47,650 bases of DNA, taken from assembly GCA_020724765.1 (NCBI GenBank), contig DYGJ01000001.1, positions 1-47,650 of the forward strand. The letters are read 5' to 3'. Position numbers and translations under genes: made by a program. Under the pieces are notes generated by a model that saw only the letters and a program-made list of their open reading frames with translations, ran no database searches and was not told where the DNA came from. Position 1 is the stretch's first letter. Each line of letters opens with the position of its first letter. Source of the stretch: Thermotoga sp. (GTDB lineage Bacteria > Bipolaricaulota > Bipolaricaulia > Bipolaricaulales > Bipolaricaulaceae). Of this stretch, positions 18,510 through 27,809 are shown in pieces.

Positions 18510-19561
18510 CCTGCCTCCTTCTCCTGCGCCAGCTTGTTCAGCCGTCGTTGCACGTCGCCGACGAGCTTCTCGACGTCCTCGTGCTTCCCCCGTGCGTTGC
18601 GCAGGTGGTTGCCGAGAATGTTCACCTCTCCACCGATCTTCGTCACAAGGTCCTCCACGGCCCGCAGCTCGCCGAACAGCTCCTGCACGTTGCGCGACAA
18701 CGCGAGCCCCCTCAGCCCCATCGCCACAGACCGGAGGTAGGAGTAGAACGAGTTCGGGGAGCAGGGAACGACCCGCTTCGCCATCGCGTAGCTGAGGAAG
18801 TCGAGGTCGTCGCCCGGCATGAGGAGCTCGTGGTACACGCCCTCGGCAGGAATGTACATGAGGGCGAAGTCGGCCGTCCCCTCCTCGGGCCGAATGTACT
18901 TGGCAGCGATGTTATCCGCGTGCTTCTGGGCGTCCCGCACCAAGGCCCGCTTGTGCTTCTTTCGCTCCTCGTCCGTGGCCGCGGCCACGAGGCGCTCGAA
19001 CCCGGACAAGGGGAACTTCGCGTCCACGGGAACGACGATCCCCTCGAGAAAGATCGCCGCGTCCACCGCCTCGCCGGTGGCAAACCGGTGCTGCTCGCGG
19101 TACCGATCGCGGGGAAGCACCTCGGCGAGGAGGTTGCCGAGGAGCCACTCCCCCATCGCCCCCCGCGCCTTGGGAGCACGCAGGATCTCCTGGAGCGAGG
19201 CCAGATCCGCGGCGAGATCGGTGAGCCGGCGGCCGGTCTCGGCAAGGCCTCCCAGCCGTTCCCGAACGTCGGCCACCACCCCCTGGACCGCGCTCAACCG
19301 CTCCCCGAGGGTCCCCTCCTGCTTCTGAAGGAGCTGGGCCGTGCTCGCGAGTTGATCGGACACCTGCGCGGAGAGGGTCCCCAGCTGGGCCGTCACGAGC
19401 TGGGCCAGCTGGCTCACCTGGTCGGAGAGAAGCCGCGTGGTTTCCCGAAGCGCGGGGATCTCCCAATCCAGATCCCCTCCCGAGCGCCGCCGAACAACGA
19501 CCAGAGCCATGGCCATCACGGCCGCGGCGAGGAACCCGAGCGCGATCCAGACCCCGGTCAC
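18506..19561 (-). CDS. rmuC: DNA recombination protein RmuC
   Basis: N-terminal TM and coiled coil, [35 protein letters not shown]; GTG start overlaps the uvrA stop (GTGA). Confidence 0.9.
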   Translation of the reverse strand: MTGVWIALGFLAAAVMAMALVVVRRRSGGDLDWEIPALRETTRLLSDQVSQLAQLVTAQLGTLSAQVSDQLASTAQLLQKQEGTLGERLSAVQGVVADVRERLGGLAETGRRLTDLAADLASLQEILRAPKARGAMGEWLLGNLLAEVLPRDRYREQHRFATGEAVDAAIFLEGIVVPVDAKFPLSGFERLVAAATDEERKKHKRALVRDAQKHADNIAAKYIRPEEGTADFALMYIPAEGVYHELLMPGDDLDFLSYAMAKRVVPCSPNSFYSYLRSVAMGLRGLALSRNVQELFGELRAVEDLVTKIGGEVNILGNHLRNARGKHEDVEKLVGDVQRRLNKLAQEKEAG

Positions 19562-22383
19562 GCGACCCCCTGCAGGGAGAGAACCGTGCGCAGGAACTGC
19601 CCTGTGTACGACCCCGCCACCTCGGCCACGCCCTCCGGTGGCCCCTCCGCGATCACCCGGCCCCCTCCCTCTCCTCCCTCTGGACCGAGGTCGATGATCC
19701 AGTCCGCGGTCTTGATCACATCGAGGTTGTGCTCGATCACGACGACCGTGTTCCCGACGTCCACCAGCCGGTGGAGGACGGAGAGGAGCTTCCGAACATC
19801 CTCGGGGTGGAGGCCGGTCGTCGGCTCGTCGAGGACGTACAGGGTCCGTCCGGTGGCCCGGCGGGCCAGCTCCCGGGCCAGCTTCACCCGTTGCGCCTCC
19901 CCGCCGGAAAGCTCCGTCGCCGACTGGCCGAGCTTGATGTACCCCAAGCCCACGTCGTACACGGTCTGGAGCTTGTCCCGAATCGGGGGAATCGGGGAGA
20001 AGAATCCCAGTGCCTCCTCGACCGTCATCTCCAGAACCTCGGCGATGTTCCGCCCTTTGTAGCGAACGGCAAGCGTCTCCTTGTTGTAGCGAGTGCCGTA
20101 GCAGACGTCGCACGGCACGTAGACGTCGGGGAGGAAGTGCATCTCGATCTTCACCTTGCCCTGGCCCTGGCACGCCTCGCACCGTCCCCCGCGGACGTTG
20201 AACGAGAACCGACCGAGCTCGTACCCCCTCATCCGCGCCTCGGGCGTGGCCGCGAACATCTCCCGGATCGGGTCGAACGCCTTGGTGTACGTGGCCGGGT
20301 TCGAGCGGGGCGTGCGCCCGATCGGCGACTGATCGATCTCGATCACCTTGTCGAAGTGCTGAACTCCCTCGATATCGTCGTGGGTGCCGGGCTTCCCCAC
20401 CATGTATCCCAGCCGCCAGGCGAGGCCCCGGTACAGAACCTCCTCAGCGAGCGTGGATTTCCCTGAGCCGGACACGCCGGTGATGCACACGAACAACCCC
20501 ACCGGGAACCGCACGTGAATCCCCTTCAGGTTGTGTTCACGCGCCCCGCGCACGACAAGCCAACGGCTGTCCGCTTTCCTGCGCATGGCCGGGATCGGAA
20601 TCCGCCGCGTCCCTGCCAGGTACTGCCCGGTGAGCGAGCGCGTCTCCCGCGCGACCTCGTCCGGCGTCCCGGTGGCCACGACGTGCCCGCCGTGGATGCC
20701 CGCCCCTGGCCCGAGGTCCACGAGGCAATCCGCTTCGCGCATCGTCTCCTCGTCATGTTCGACGACGAGGACCGTGTTCCCGATGTCCCGGAGCCGTTTG
20801 AGGGTCGCCAGGAGCTTCAGATTGTCCCGGGCGTGAAGCCCCACCGAAGGCTCATCTAGGACGTACAGGACGCCGGTGAGCTGGGATCCGATCTGGGTGG
20901 CGAGGCGGATCCGCTGCGCTTCCCCACCGGCGAGGGTTCCCGCCGAGCGGTCGAGGGTCAGGTAGCCGAGTCCCACGTCCGCCATGAACTGAAGGCGGGA
21001 CCGAATCTCCTTCAGGATCTGGTGCGCGATCAGCTGCTCGCGCTCGCTCAGTCCCAGGACGGTGAAAAACGTCAGCGCGGCCTGCACCGTAAGCTGTGCC
21101 ACGTCCCAGATGTTCTTTTTCCCCACCGTCACCGCGAGCGCTTCCCGCCGCAACCGAGCTCCTTGGCAGTCGGCGCATGGGAGAGCGGACATGTACTGCT
21201 CAACCCCTTCCCGGGCTTCCTCCGACGTCGTCTCACGGTAGCTGCGCTCCAAAACTGGGATCATTCCATCGAACGGGCGCCGGTAGACGCGGGTGCGACC
21301 GTAGGTGGTGGTGTAGGTGAACTCCACCGACTCCCCGTCCGTCCCGTAGAGAAGGACGCGGAGCTTCGCCGGGGGAAGCTGCCCGAGGGGTCGATCGGGG
21401 TCGATCTTCTGCGCACGGCACACTCCGTCGAGCATCGCCGCAACCCACCGTGACTTGGTGGTCGCCCATGGGATCAGACCTCCTTCCCGAAGTGAGCGAC
21501 GGGAATCCACCACGAGGTCGGGGTCCACCACCATCCGCACCCCGAGGCCATCGCAGGTCGGACACGCTCCGAACGGCGAGTTGAACGAGAACAGGCGGGG
21601 TTCGATCTCCGGCAGGCTGACCCCGCACGCAGCGCACGCGAAGTGCTCGGAGTAGAGGCGCTCCCCGTGCCCGACCACCTCCACAATCACGAGCCCCTGT
21701 CCGTAGCGGAGGGCGGTCTCAATCGAGTCCCCGATCCGGTTGCGCTTCTTGTCCGTAACCTTGATCCGATCAAGGACGATCTCCACGTCGTGACGCTTGT
21801 TCTTGTCGAGTTCGATCGCCTCGTACAAGGTGCGCAGAACCCCGTCCACCCTCACCCGCACGAACCCTTCGCGCTTCAGGTCGTCGAACAGATTCTTGTA
21901 CTCCCCTTTCCGCCCCCGAATCACAGGGGCCATGATCTGGACCGCAGTCCCCTCGGAGAGAGCCATCACCTGGTCCGTGATCTGCTGCGCCGTCTGGCGC
22001 TCGATCGGCTGGCCGCACTGCGGGCAGTGGGGGTGCCCGACCCGGGCGAACAAGAGCCGAAGGTAGTCGTGGATCTCCGTCACCGTCCCTACCGTAGAGC
22101 GCGGGTTGTGGGAGCGGGACTTCTGGTCGATCGAGATCGCCGGCGAAAGCCCCTCGATGAAGTCCACATTCGGCTTCTGCATCAAACCAAGGAACTGACG
22201 GGCATACGCCGACAACGACTCCACGTAGCGACGCTGCCCTTCGGCGTAGATCGTGTCGAACGCCAGCGAGGACTTCCCCGACCCGGAGATCCCGGTGATA
22301 ACGACGAGCTTGTCGCGCGGGATCTCAACGTCGATCCCCTTCAGGTTGTGCTCCCGGGCGCCGCGGATGATGAGCTTGTCCAT
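19558..22383 (-). CDS. uvrA: Excinuclease ABC subunit A
   Basis: [38 protein letters not shown], zinc fingers, second ABC domain GVSGSGKS and [12 protein letters not shown]; start at MDKLIIRG. Confidence 0.98.
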   Translation of the reverse strand: MDKLIIRGAREHNLKGIDVEIPRDKLVVITGISGSGKSSLAFDTIYAEGQRRYVESLSAYARQFLGLMQKPNVDFIEGLSPAISIDQKSRSHNPRSTVGTVTEIHDYLRLLFARVGHPHCPQCGQPIERQTAQQITDQVMALSEGTAVQIMAPVIRGRKGEYKNLFDDLKREGFVRVRVDGVLRTLYEAIELDKNKRHDVEIVLDRIKVTDKKRNRIGDSIETALRYGQGLVIVEVVGHGERLYSEHFACAACGVSLPEIEPRLFSFNSPFGACPTCDGLGVRMVVDPDLVVDSRRSLREGGLIPWATTKSRWVAAMLDGVCRAQKIDPDRPLGQLPPAKLRVLLYGTDGESVEFTYTTTYGRTRVYRRPFDGMIPVLERSYRETTSEEAREGVEQYMSALPCADCQGARLRREALAVTVGKKNIWDVAQLTVQAALTFFTVLGLSEREQLIAHQILKEIRSRLQFMADVGLGYLTLDRSAGTLAGGEAQRIRLATQIGSQLTGVLYVLDEPSVGLHARDNLKLLATLKRLRDIGNTVLVVEHDEETMREADCLVDLGPGAGIHGGHVVATGTPDEVARETRSLTGQYLAGTRRIPIPAMRRKADSRWLVVRGAREHNLKGIHVRFPVGLFVCITGVSGSGKSTLAEEVLYRGLAWRLGYMVGKPGTHDDIEGVQHFDKVIEIDQSPIGRTPRSNPATYTKAFDPIREMFAATPEARMRGYELGRFSFNVRGGRCEACQGQGKVKIEMHFLPDVYVPCDVCYGTRYNKETLAVRYKGRNIAEVLEMTVEEALGFFSPIPPIRDKLQTVYDVGLGYIKLGQSATELSGGEAQRVKLARELARRATGRTLYVLDEPTTGLHPEDVRKLLSVLHRLVDVGNTVVVIEHNLDVIKTADWIIDLGPEGGEGGGRVIAEGPPEGVAEVAGSYTGQFLRTVLSLQGVA

Positions 22384-22572
22384 AATCAGGTGGGAAAGCG
22401 CGTCCTGCCCTTTTGCAGGCCGTACCCGTAATTTTAGCCGCGCTGGTGGTCGCTCGCCACGCGCCTCTCCGTCGCGTGACATGGGGAACTTCTTCGGGGC
22501 ACCAATGGCCTTGGATGAAGGGAAGTACCGGGTACCGTGTAATACAGATCACTTCCACAAGGGGAGGGCGCC

Positions 22573-23256
22573 GTGGGTCAGAACAGACAACTGGTGAAAG
22601 TCCTGATGTCGGCAGCAGCGGGCGGGCTCGTCCTCGCCTCTCTGGCAGGGTGTGGACGGGTGACCGCGAAGATCGAAAGCTACAGCCCGAACGATCCGGG
22701 TGCGCCCGTCCGTGTTGAGGCTGGGAAAATTGTTCCCCTCAGCGTTACGTTCACAAACACTGGCAACCGGACGGGCTCCTTCCAAGTCCGAGCGGTTGTG
22801 AGGGACAGCGCAAGCGTTCAGGTCGGGGCAAATCCACAGACCGTGACCGTTGAGCGCGGGAAATCTCACACGGTAACCTGGGAGCACGTCGTGCTCGCGC
22901 CGGGGACGTACACAGTGCAGTTCATCGTCGGGAAGGACGCGACCACCACCTACACCCTCGCTCCGGCCTCCCCGGCCCCGCTCATCGTGGGGATTCCGGC
23001 AGTGGTGTCGACGAAGTTCAAAGTCGGGGACCGGGTTCGGGTGACCTCAGAGGTCAACGTTCGAACCGGGCCGGGGACGGACAGCCCTAAGGTCACCCAC
23101 GTCAACTATCGGGGCTCAGCCCCGATCGGAGCGGAAGGGAAGGTCATCGGAGGTCCAGAAAAGGCGGACGGCTACGTGTGGTGGCGGGTCGAGTTCGACG
23201 TCGGCTACACCGGGTGGTGCATCGAGGACCCCTTGACCAAGGCGGCCGGAGGCTGA
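22573..23256 (+). CDS. Lipoprotein with Ig-like (CARDB-like) and C-terminal SH3b-like domains
   Basis: LAGC lipobox; VTFTNTG...PGTYTV Ig-like segment; [17 protein letters not shown]...[10 protein letters not shown]...TGW SH3 pattern. Confidence 0.75.
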   Translation: MGQNRQLVKVLMSAAAGGLVLASLAGCGRVTAKIESYSPNDPGAPVRVEAGKIVPLSVTFTNTGNRTGSFQVRAVVRDSASVQVGANPQTVTVERGKSHTVTWEHVVLAPGTYTVQFIVGKDATTTYTLAPASPAPLIVGIPAVVSTKFKVGDRVRVTSEVNVRTGPGTDSPKVTHVNYRGSAPIGAEGKVIGGPEKADGYVWWRVEFDVGYTGWCIEDPLTKAAGG

Positions 23257-23257
23257 T

Positions 23258-24238
23258 CTACGGCAGCCGAAGATACGGGTCGAGGAGCCAGGAGGAGATC
23301 TTTCGTTCCCACTCGTCTTGCCGCGCTGCGTCGCGGCCGTGGTTCGTCTCCCGGTCGTACTGGGTCTGGGTTGCGGAGTGGCGGCCCAGCACCTCCTGAA
23401 AGACCGATTCCGCCAGTCGGAGAAGACTGTGCATCGCTTCCGAAGCAGAGCTACCTGTCCCAGAGATCCCCCGCAACGAACGCTCCAGAAAACGGCGGTA
23501 CGCTTCGGCAAGGTCGAAATGCCGTTGCTCGTGGAGAAGGCCGGCTGGCGTCCTGCGGTCGGGCAGCGCCCACGAACGGTCGCGCTCCATCGCCGCCGTC
23601 ACAGTGAGCGAGTCCACGCGCGCCCGCCAGCTTGGCCCTTCCTGTGCCACCACCGGCACCATCTGGTACTGGAGAACCATCGCGATCGCAGCTGCGGCCT
23701 GCGGATCCCGGTCTGGAGGCGAAGGAGCCCAGAAGTCGTCCCAGGTGATCGGGCGCGAACTCCAGAGGAGCCGTGTCTGCGTCTCCAGCGGCCCCGTAGG
23801 TGCTGATGACTGCAAGGCGCACGACGAGCTGGAAGCGGCTATGTCCACGGCTACCTTCAGATCAAGGGGCGGGACCCCGTCAGTCCACGTCCGGTACACG
23901 ATCTCCACGCGTCGCCCGGCGCTTCCCGGGGGAGGGGTGAACGCGTAGAGCGTTGTCACCGTCCCCCAGCCCGAGGAAGACGAACCTGCGGGCCATCCGG
24001 TTGGCACGGCAACGGGCGCAACGTGCACCGTCCGCGCCGGATCCGCAGAGACCGATAGCGACACCAAAGCCGACGATCCCTCGGAAACCTGGCACTGGAG
24101 GAACGTCCCCCCGCTCGAAAAGCATGAACTGGCTGCCTGGATCTCCCACGACCAGCGGAGGGTGACCGCGGTCTGGCCCCAACCGAAGACCGTCGCAACC
24201 CAGAGAGCACATCCTACGAACCCAAGGCGAGACATCAT
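23258..24238 (-). CDS. Exported protein with C-terminal DUF922 (predicted Zn peptidase) domain
   Basis: Signal peptide; W...RPITWDDF, SW, LLHEQRHFDLAE (HExxH) and QYDRETNHG...Q..W fit DUF922. Confidence 0.75.
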   Translation of the reverse strand: MMSRLGFVGCALWVATVFGWGQTAVTLRWSWEIQAASSCFSSGGTFLQCQVSEGSSALVSLSVSADPARTVHVAPVAVPTGWPAGSSSSGWGTVTTLYAFTPPPGSAGRRVEIVYRTWTDGVPPLDLKVAVDIAASSSSCALQSSAPTGPLETQTRLLWSSRPITWDDFWAPSPPDRDPQAAAAIAMVLQYQMVPVVAQEGPSWRARVDSLTVTAAMERDRSWALPDRRTPAGLLHEQRHFDLAEAYRRFLERSLRGISGTGSSASEAMHSLLRLAESVFQEVLGRHSATQTQYDRETNHGRDAARQDEWERKISSWLLDPYLRLP

Positions 24239-24265
24239 CGCCCGGATCTCCTGCGCCAGTGCGTA

Positions 24266-24556
24266 CTACTTCTGCTGGATCCGGGCGACGAAATCGTCAA
24301 TGGACAGGGCGCTCAGCGTCTCGATCTTCACCGTTCCTCGCGCGCCCAGCTCCACGGCCACGCGGGCCACGGCCATCGCGCCGGTGGCCTCGATGATCGT
24401 GACGAAGTCGTACTGCCCGAGCGTGGCGTACTGGTGGATGACCTTCGCCCCCAGGGCCTCGATCTCCCGGTTGACCTCGAGGATCCGCTCCGGCTTCTCC
24501 TTGATCGTCTTCGCCCCTTCGTCCGTAAGCCTGGTCAGAAACACGTAGGTCTGCAT
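24266..24556 (-). CDS. GYD domain protein
   Basis: TDEGAKTIK..P.R, YATLGQYDFV, GTVKIETL.A; AGGAGG SD before ATG 24556. Confidence 0.85.
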   Translation of the reverse strand: MQTYVFLTRLTDEGAKTIKEKPERILEVNREIEALGAKVIHQYATLGQYDFVTIIEATGAMAVARVAVELGARGTVKIETLSALSIDDFVARIQQK

Positions 24557-24661
24557 CCGCCCTCCTTTGGTGGGGAGATCGTACCCGATCACCTTGATCA
24601 GGCAACGAACCCAGCCGCCGGGTTCCGCCCCTTCCGGTACAGGAGAGTCCGGGGGGGACCC

Positions 24662-25789
24662 TCACCGGGCACCAGGACCGACCCGGGCGAGCAGCCAATC
24701 TACGATCGCGGGGAGGAGACGCGGGTGGAACTCCATGGGGAGAAGGGCGTACTCCTCCAGCCCGCCCGTGACCGCCTTCTGGAACAGGTGGTTCGCTTCG
24801 GGGAGGACGACCACGGTCACGTCGCGGTTCCCAGCGCGGGAGATGGCTTCCTCAAGGGCAGCCTCGTTCTGGTCGGCGTCGACCTGGACGTCCACTCCGC
24901 CGAACACCGCGAGCACGGGAACGCGAACCTTGGCCCAGTCTTGGGCGGGGTCGTGGACGAGGAACTCCCGGTACCACGCGCTCTGGAACGCTGCCAGGTC
25001 CTGGGCGGCCAGGGTCCGCGCCAGAGCGTTGAGGTCCCCGAGGGCCTGCTGCTGCGCGGGGGGAAGGGCCGCGATCTGGGCGAGCTTGATCTCCACCACG
25101 AGGGTCTCTAAGGCCTCCCAATCTCCGGCTACGACGAGATCGAGGATCACCCGCTGCTGGGCAGCGGCCGCCGCGGCTGCGTCGGCACTTGCCCCCGCAG
25201 CGAGGACGATCAGTTCCACCTGGCGGACGATCGTCTCGTAGCCCGTTACGGCGCTGCCGGCCAGGGACACCACGAACGCCACCTCCGGCCGCCGCGCGGC
25301 GACCATTGCCGCCACGATCCCGCCCTCGCTGTGTCCGAGGATGCCGACCCGCGTGGGAGCGATCTCGGGCCGGCCGCGAAGGTAGTCGAAGGCAGCCTCA
25401 GCGTCGTCGGCGAAGTCAGCGGTAGTGGCGGCGGCGAAGTGGCCCCCGGACTGGCCCACACCTCGGTCGTCATAGCGCAGAACGGCGATCCCGCGCGTAC
25501 CGAGGTACTCCGCGATCCAGCGGAACGGGGCGTACCCGGGGATCCCGGGGATCTCCGAGTCCCGGTTCTGGGGACCGCTTCCCGTGATGAGGACCAGTGC
25601 CGGGTGAGGCCCCGGACCTGCGGGAAGGTTGAGCGTCCCGGTAAGGGCGATCCCCCGATGGGAGAAGGCCACCTCCATCTCTCGCGCGGGGGCGACCACG
25701 GGCACGCGCTCCGAGCCCGGACCACTGAGGATGAAGAACGCGGCCAATCCGGCCATCAAAGCAAGCAGAATCCACTTCCACGCTTCCAT
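24662..25789 (-). CDS. Membrane-anchored alpha/beta hydrolase (serine peptidase/esterase)
   Basis: GSGPQNRD, RYDDRGVG.S.G, nucleophile GHSEGG, DVQV and ANHLF catalytic triad. Confidence 0.9.
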   Translation of the reverse strand: MEAWKWILLALMAGLAAFFILSGPGSERVPVVAPAREMEVAFSHRGIALTGTLNLPAGPGPHPALVLITGSGPQNRDSEIPGIPGYAPFRWIAEYLGTRGIAVLRYDDRGVGQSGGHFAAATTADFADDAEAAFDYLRGRPEIAPTRVGILGHSEGGIVAAMVAARRPEVAFVVSLAGSAVTGYETIVRQVELIVLAAGASADAAAAAAAQQRVILDLVVAGDWEALETLVVEIKLAQIAALPPAQQQALGDLNALARTLAAQDLAAFQSAWYREFLVHDPAQDWAKVRVPVLAVFGGVDVQVDADQNEAALEEAISRAGNRDVTVVVLPEANHLFQKAVTGGLEEYALLPMEFHPRLLPAIVDWLLARVGPGAR

Positions 25790-25899
25790 TTCCCCTCCTT
25801 AATGGAAAGGGCTGACGCGGAGCCCGCCCCTGTTCCATGACCACCTCCAGGGTACACGAGACAGCAACCCACCCCCAGGTACGTGGCTCGGCCTGCTGC

Positions 25900-27207
25900 C
25901 TATGCCAATGGGTATGCAGAAGGGAATGCAACGCGCCGGGCCACCCGTAGGGCGAGCGCAGCGGTGGTGAGGATCGTCGGAAGGCCCTGGGAGAGAGGAG
26001 CGAGCGACAGGTCCGCGACCCACAGACCCTCCGGGAGCGAACAGGGATGCATGGACGGCACGTCCTCGGAAGTAAGGGGGACTGTCCCCCCGAGGTGGCC
26101 GGCGTTGGCGAGCCCGGGGACGAACGGCCCGCGCACACCGGCCTCTCCCATGACCGCCCGGGCACGATCGAGCGCCGCGCCGAGCAGGTGCTCGTCCTCC
26201 GACGTGAGCGCCTTGTCCACCGTCCCGTCGGCGCGCACGGTGCCGGCGGACGCGTCAGCGAGCTTCACCATCAGCCCCACGCGGTCGGCGAGCCGTACCC
26301 GTCGCCACGGCGGATGGAAGTAGTGGGAGAAGATGTCGAAGTACGGGGAGAGGATGTACCCCTCGCGCTGCGCGTACCAGACCATCGGCAGCTCGTCGAG
26401 CTGATGTGCACCGGCGAGTCGCCCTCCCAGGGTTATCACCACGTCCACCCACAACCGGTCGGCCACCGGAAGGCCCGATCGGCGCAGAATCTGAGCCGTG
26501 CCGATCGCGCCCGCGGCGAGGACCACGGCGTCCGCCCGGACGATCTCATCGCCCACCGCCACGCCCACGGCCCGATCACGTTCGAAAATGACCCGCTCCA
26601 CCGGCATCCCCGTGCGTACCTCCCCCCCGTTCCGCCGAACATCGCTCAAGAACCGTCGGGCATCCCACTTCGCGCCCTGCGCGCACCCGACCTCGCACAG
26701 CCCGCACGCCACGCACCGCTCCGGATCCACAATCTTTGGTACAGGTCTCGGCGCCAGACCAAGACCCTCCGCCGCGGCGAACATCGCCCGGCTCACCGGC
26801 CGCCAGCGCTCGATCGGGGTGGGCCGGGGCTGAAGGAGCGCTTCCAGCTCAGCGTACTCAGGAGAGAGGTCGAGCCCGATCTCCCGGAGGCCCCGCTCCG
26901 CGCGGACGAGGTTCCCGCAGGCGAGAGTTGTGCTCCCGCCGGTGGTCAACCCGCGGACGAGCACGATCCCGCCCGAGGTGCGGATTGCATCGAGGTAGGG
27001 GAAGAGGCGGGAGATGGTGCGAGGCGGCCCCAGAAGGCCGAGCCTCCGCAGCGGTTCGGCAGACCGGAGCAGAGCCCGGGGGAGCGGACGGAACGTCTTT
27101 CCCGCCTCGAGGACGAGGACGCGCCACCCGCGCTGGACCAGCTCACGGGCCACGGTTGCCCCGCCCGCGCCGGACCCGACCACGATGACCTTGAGCCGAC
27201 TCTTCAT
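25900..27207 (-). CDS. GMC-family FAD oxidoreductase with a CxxCxxCxxxC motif
   Basis: VIVVGSGAGGA..LEAG Rossmann fold, GGSTT, CVACGLCEVGC, VVLAAGAIGT, HLGGT, LWVADLS, LPTILT; ATGA-coupled start. Confidence 0.85.
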   Translation of the reverse strand: MKSRLKVIVVGSGAGGATVARELVQRGWRVLVLEAGKTFRPLPRALLRSAEPLRRLGLLGPPRTISRLFPYLDAIRTSGGIVLVRGLTTGGSTTLACGNLVRAERGLREIGLDLSPEYAELEALLQPRPTPIERWRPVSRAMFAAAEGLGLAPRPVPKIVDPERCVACGLCEVGCAQGAKWDARRFLSDVRRNGGEVRTGMPVERVIFERDRAVGVAVGDEIVRADAVVLAAGAIGTAQILRRSGLPVADRLWVDVVITLGGRLAGAHQLDELPMVWYAQREGYILSPYFDIFSHYFHPPWRRVRLADRVGLMVKLADASAGTVRADGTVDKALTSEDEHLLGAALDRARAVMGEAGVRGPFVPGLANAGHLGGTVPLTSEDVPSMHPCSLPEGLWVADLSLAPLSQGLPTILTTAALALRVARRVAFPSAYPLA

Positions 27208-27809
27208 CGCGCGTCCTCGCGAGTAATCTCCGCGATGCAGGCCGGGCGTCCGTCGGTAAGCCGGTCCGCGAACGCCATACGCAGGCGTGGATTCAGCCCC
27301 GCCAGAACGCCCTCGTCCACCGCAGACAGAGCCCGGCAGGTGAGGGAACCGTAGTGCTGAGCGAGGGCGCAGCGCTCGACGACGAGCCGCGTCGGAGGGC
27401 CCGGATCGAGCCGAAACGTGATCCCCAGGGCGCGGTACAGGATCCGTGCCGCCCGCGCCACATCCCCGAGGGCGTCGCCCACCCCGAGACTCCGTCGCGC
27501 CTCGCGGCCGAGGGCCACGCTGACGGGGAACAGCGTTGCCCGCGCGAGTTCCACCGCCCGCTCCTCCCCCAGCGCGTCGGTCAGGGCGAGTACGCGACGG
27601 GCGTGGCCCTGCGCCATCCTCGCCCGCCGCGCGGCGATCCGCCGGGGAAGCCGGCCTTCGCCGCTCTGGATGCGGCGGAGTTCCTCCGGGGCGTGCTCGG
27701 CAAGGAGCGCGTCGAGCACGGCGTTCGTGACGCGCCCCACCCGTCCGAGGATCCACGCCTCCACGGGGGAAGGAAACCACCGCCCGGCGAGACGCAGCCG
27801 CACGCTCAC
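27204..27809 (-). CDS. V4R / L-2-aminothiazoline-4-carboxylate hydrolase-like protein
   Basis: Helical N-terminal half, then VERCALAQHY..TC..LS.VDEG..GLNP...RLTDG..AC with three spaced Cys; GTGA-coupled start. Confidence 0.55.
   Translation of the reverse strand: MSVRLRLAGRWFPSPVEAWILGRVGRVTNAVLDALLAEHAPEELRRIQSGEGRLPRRIAARRARMAQGHARRVLALTDALGEERAVELARATLFPVSVALGREARRSLGVGDALGDVARAARILYRALGITFRLDPGPPTRLVVERCALAQHYGSLTCRALSAVDEGVLAGLNPRLRMAFADRLTDGRPACIAEITREDAR

Noticed and set aside
22384-22482. N-terminal extension of UvrA in the ORF track
   Set aside because: UvrA homology starts at MDKLIIRG (22383), and the extension contains a TAAAAT -10-like element. Upstream extensions given for rmuC, the GMC gene, the R-A fusion and several mbh genes were likewise trimmed to coupled starts.
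22384-22572. SOS/LexA box upstream of uvrA
   Set aside because: No match to CTGT-N8-ACAG or GAAC-N4-GTTC seen; a lineage-specific box cannot be inferred from one site.
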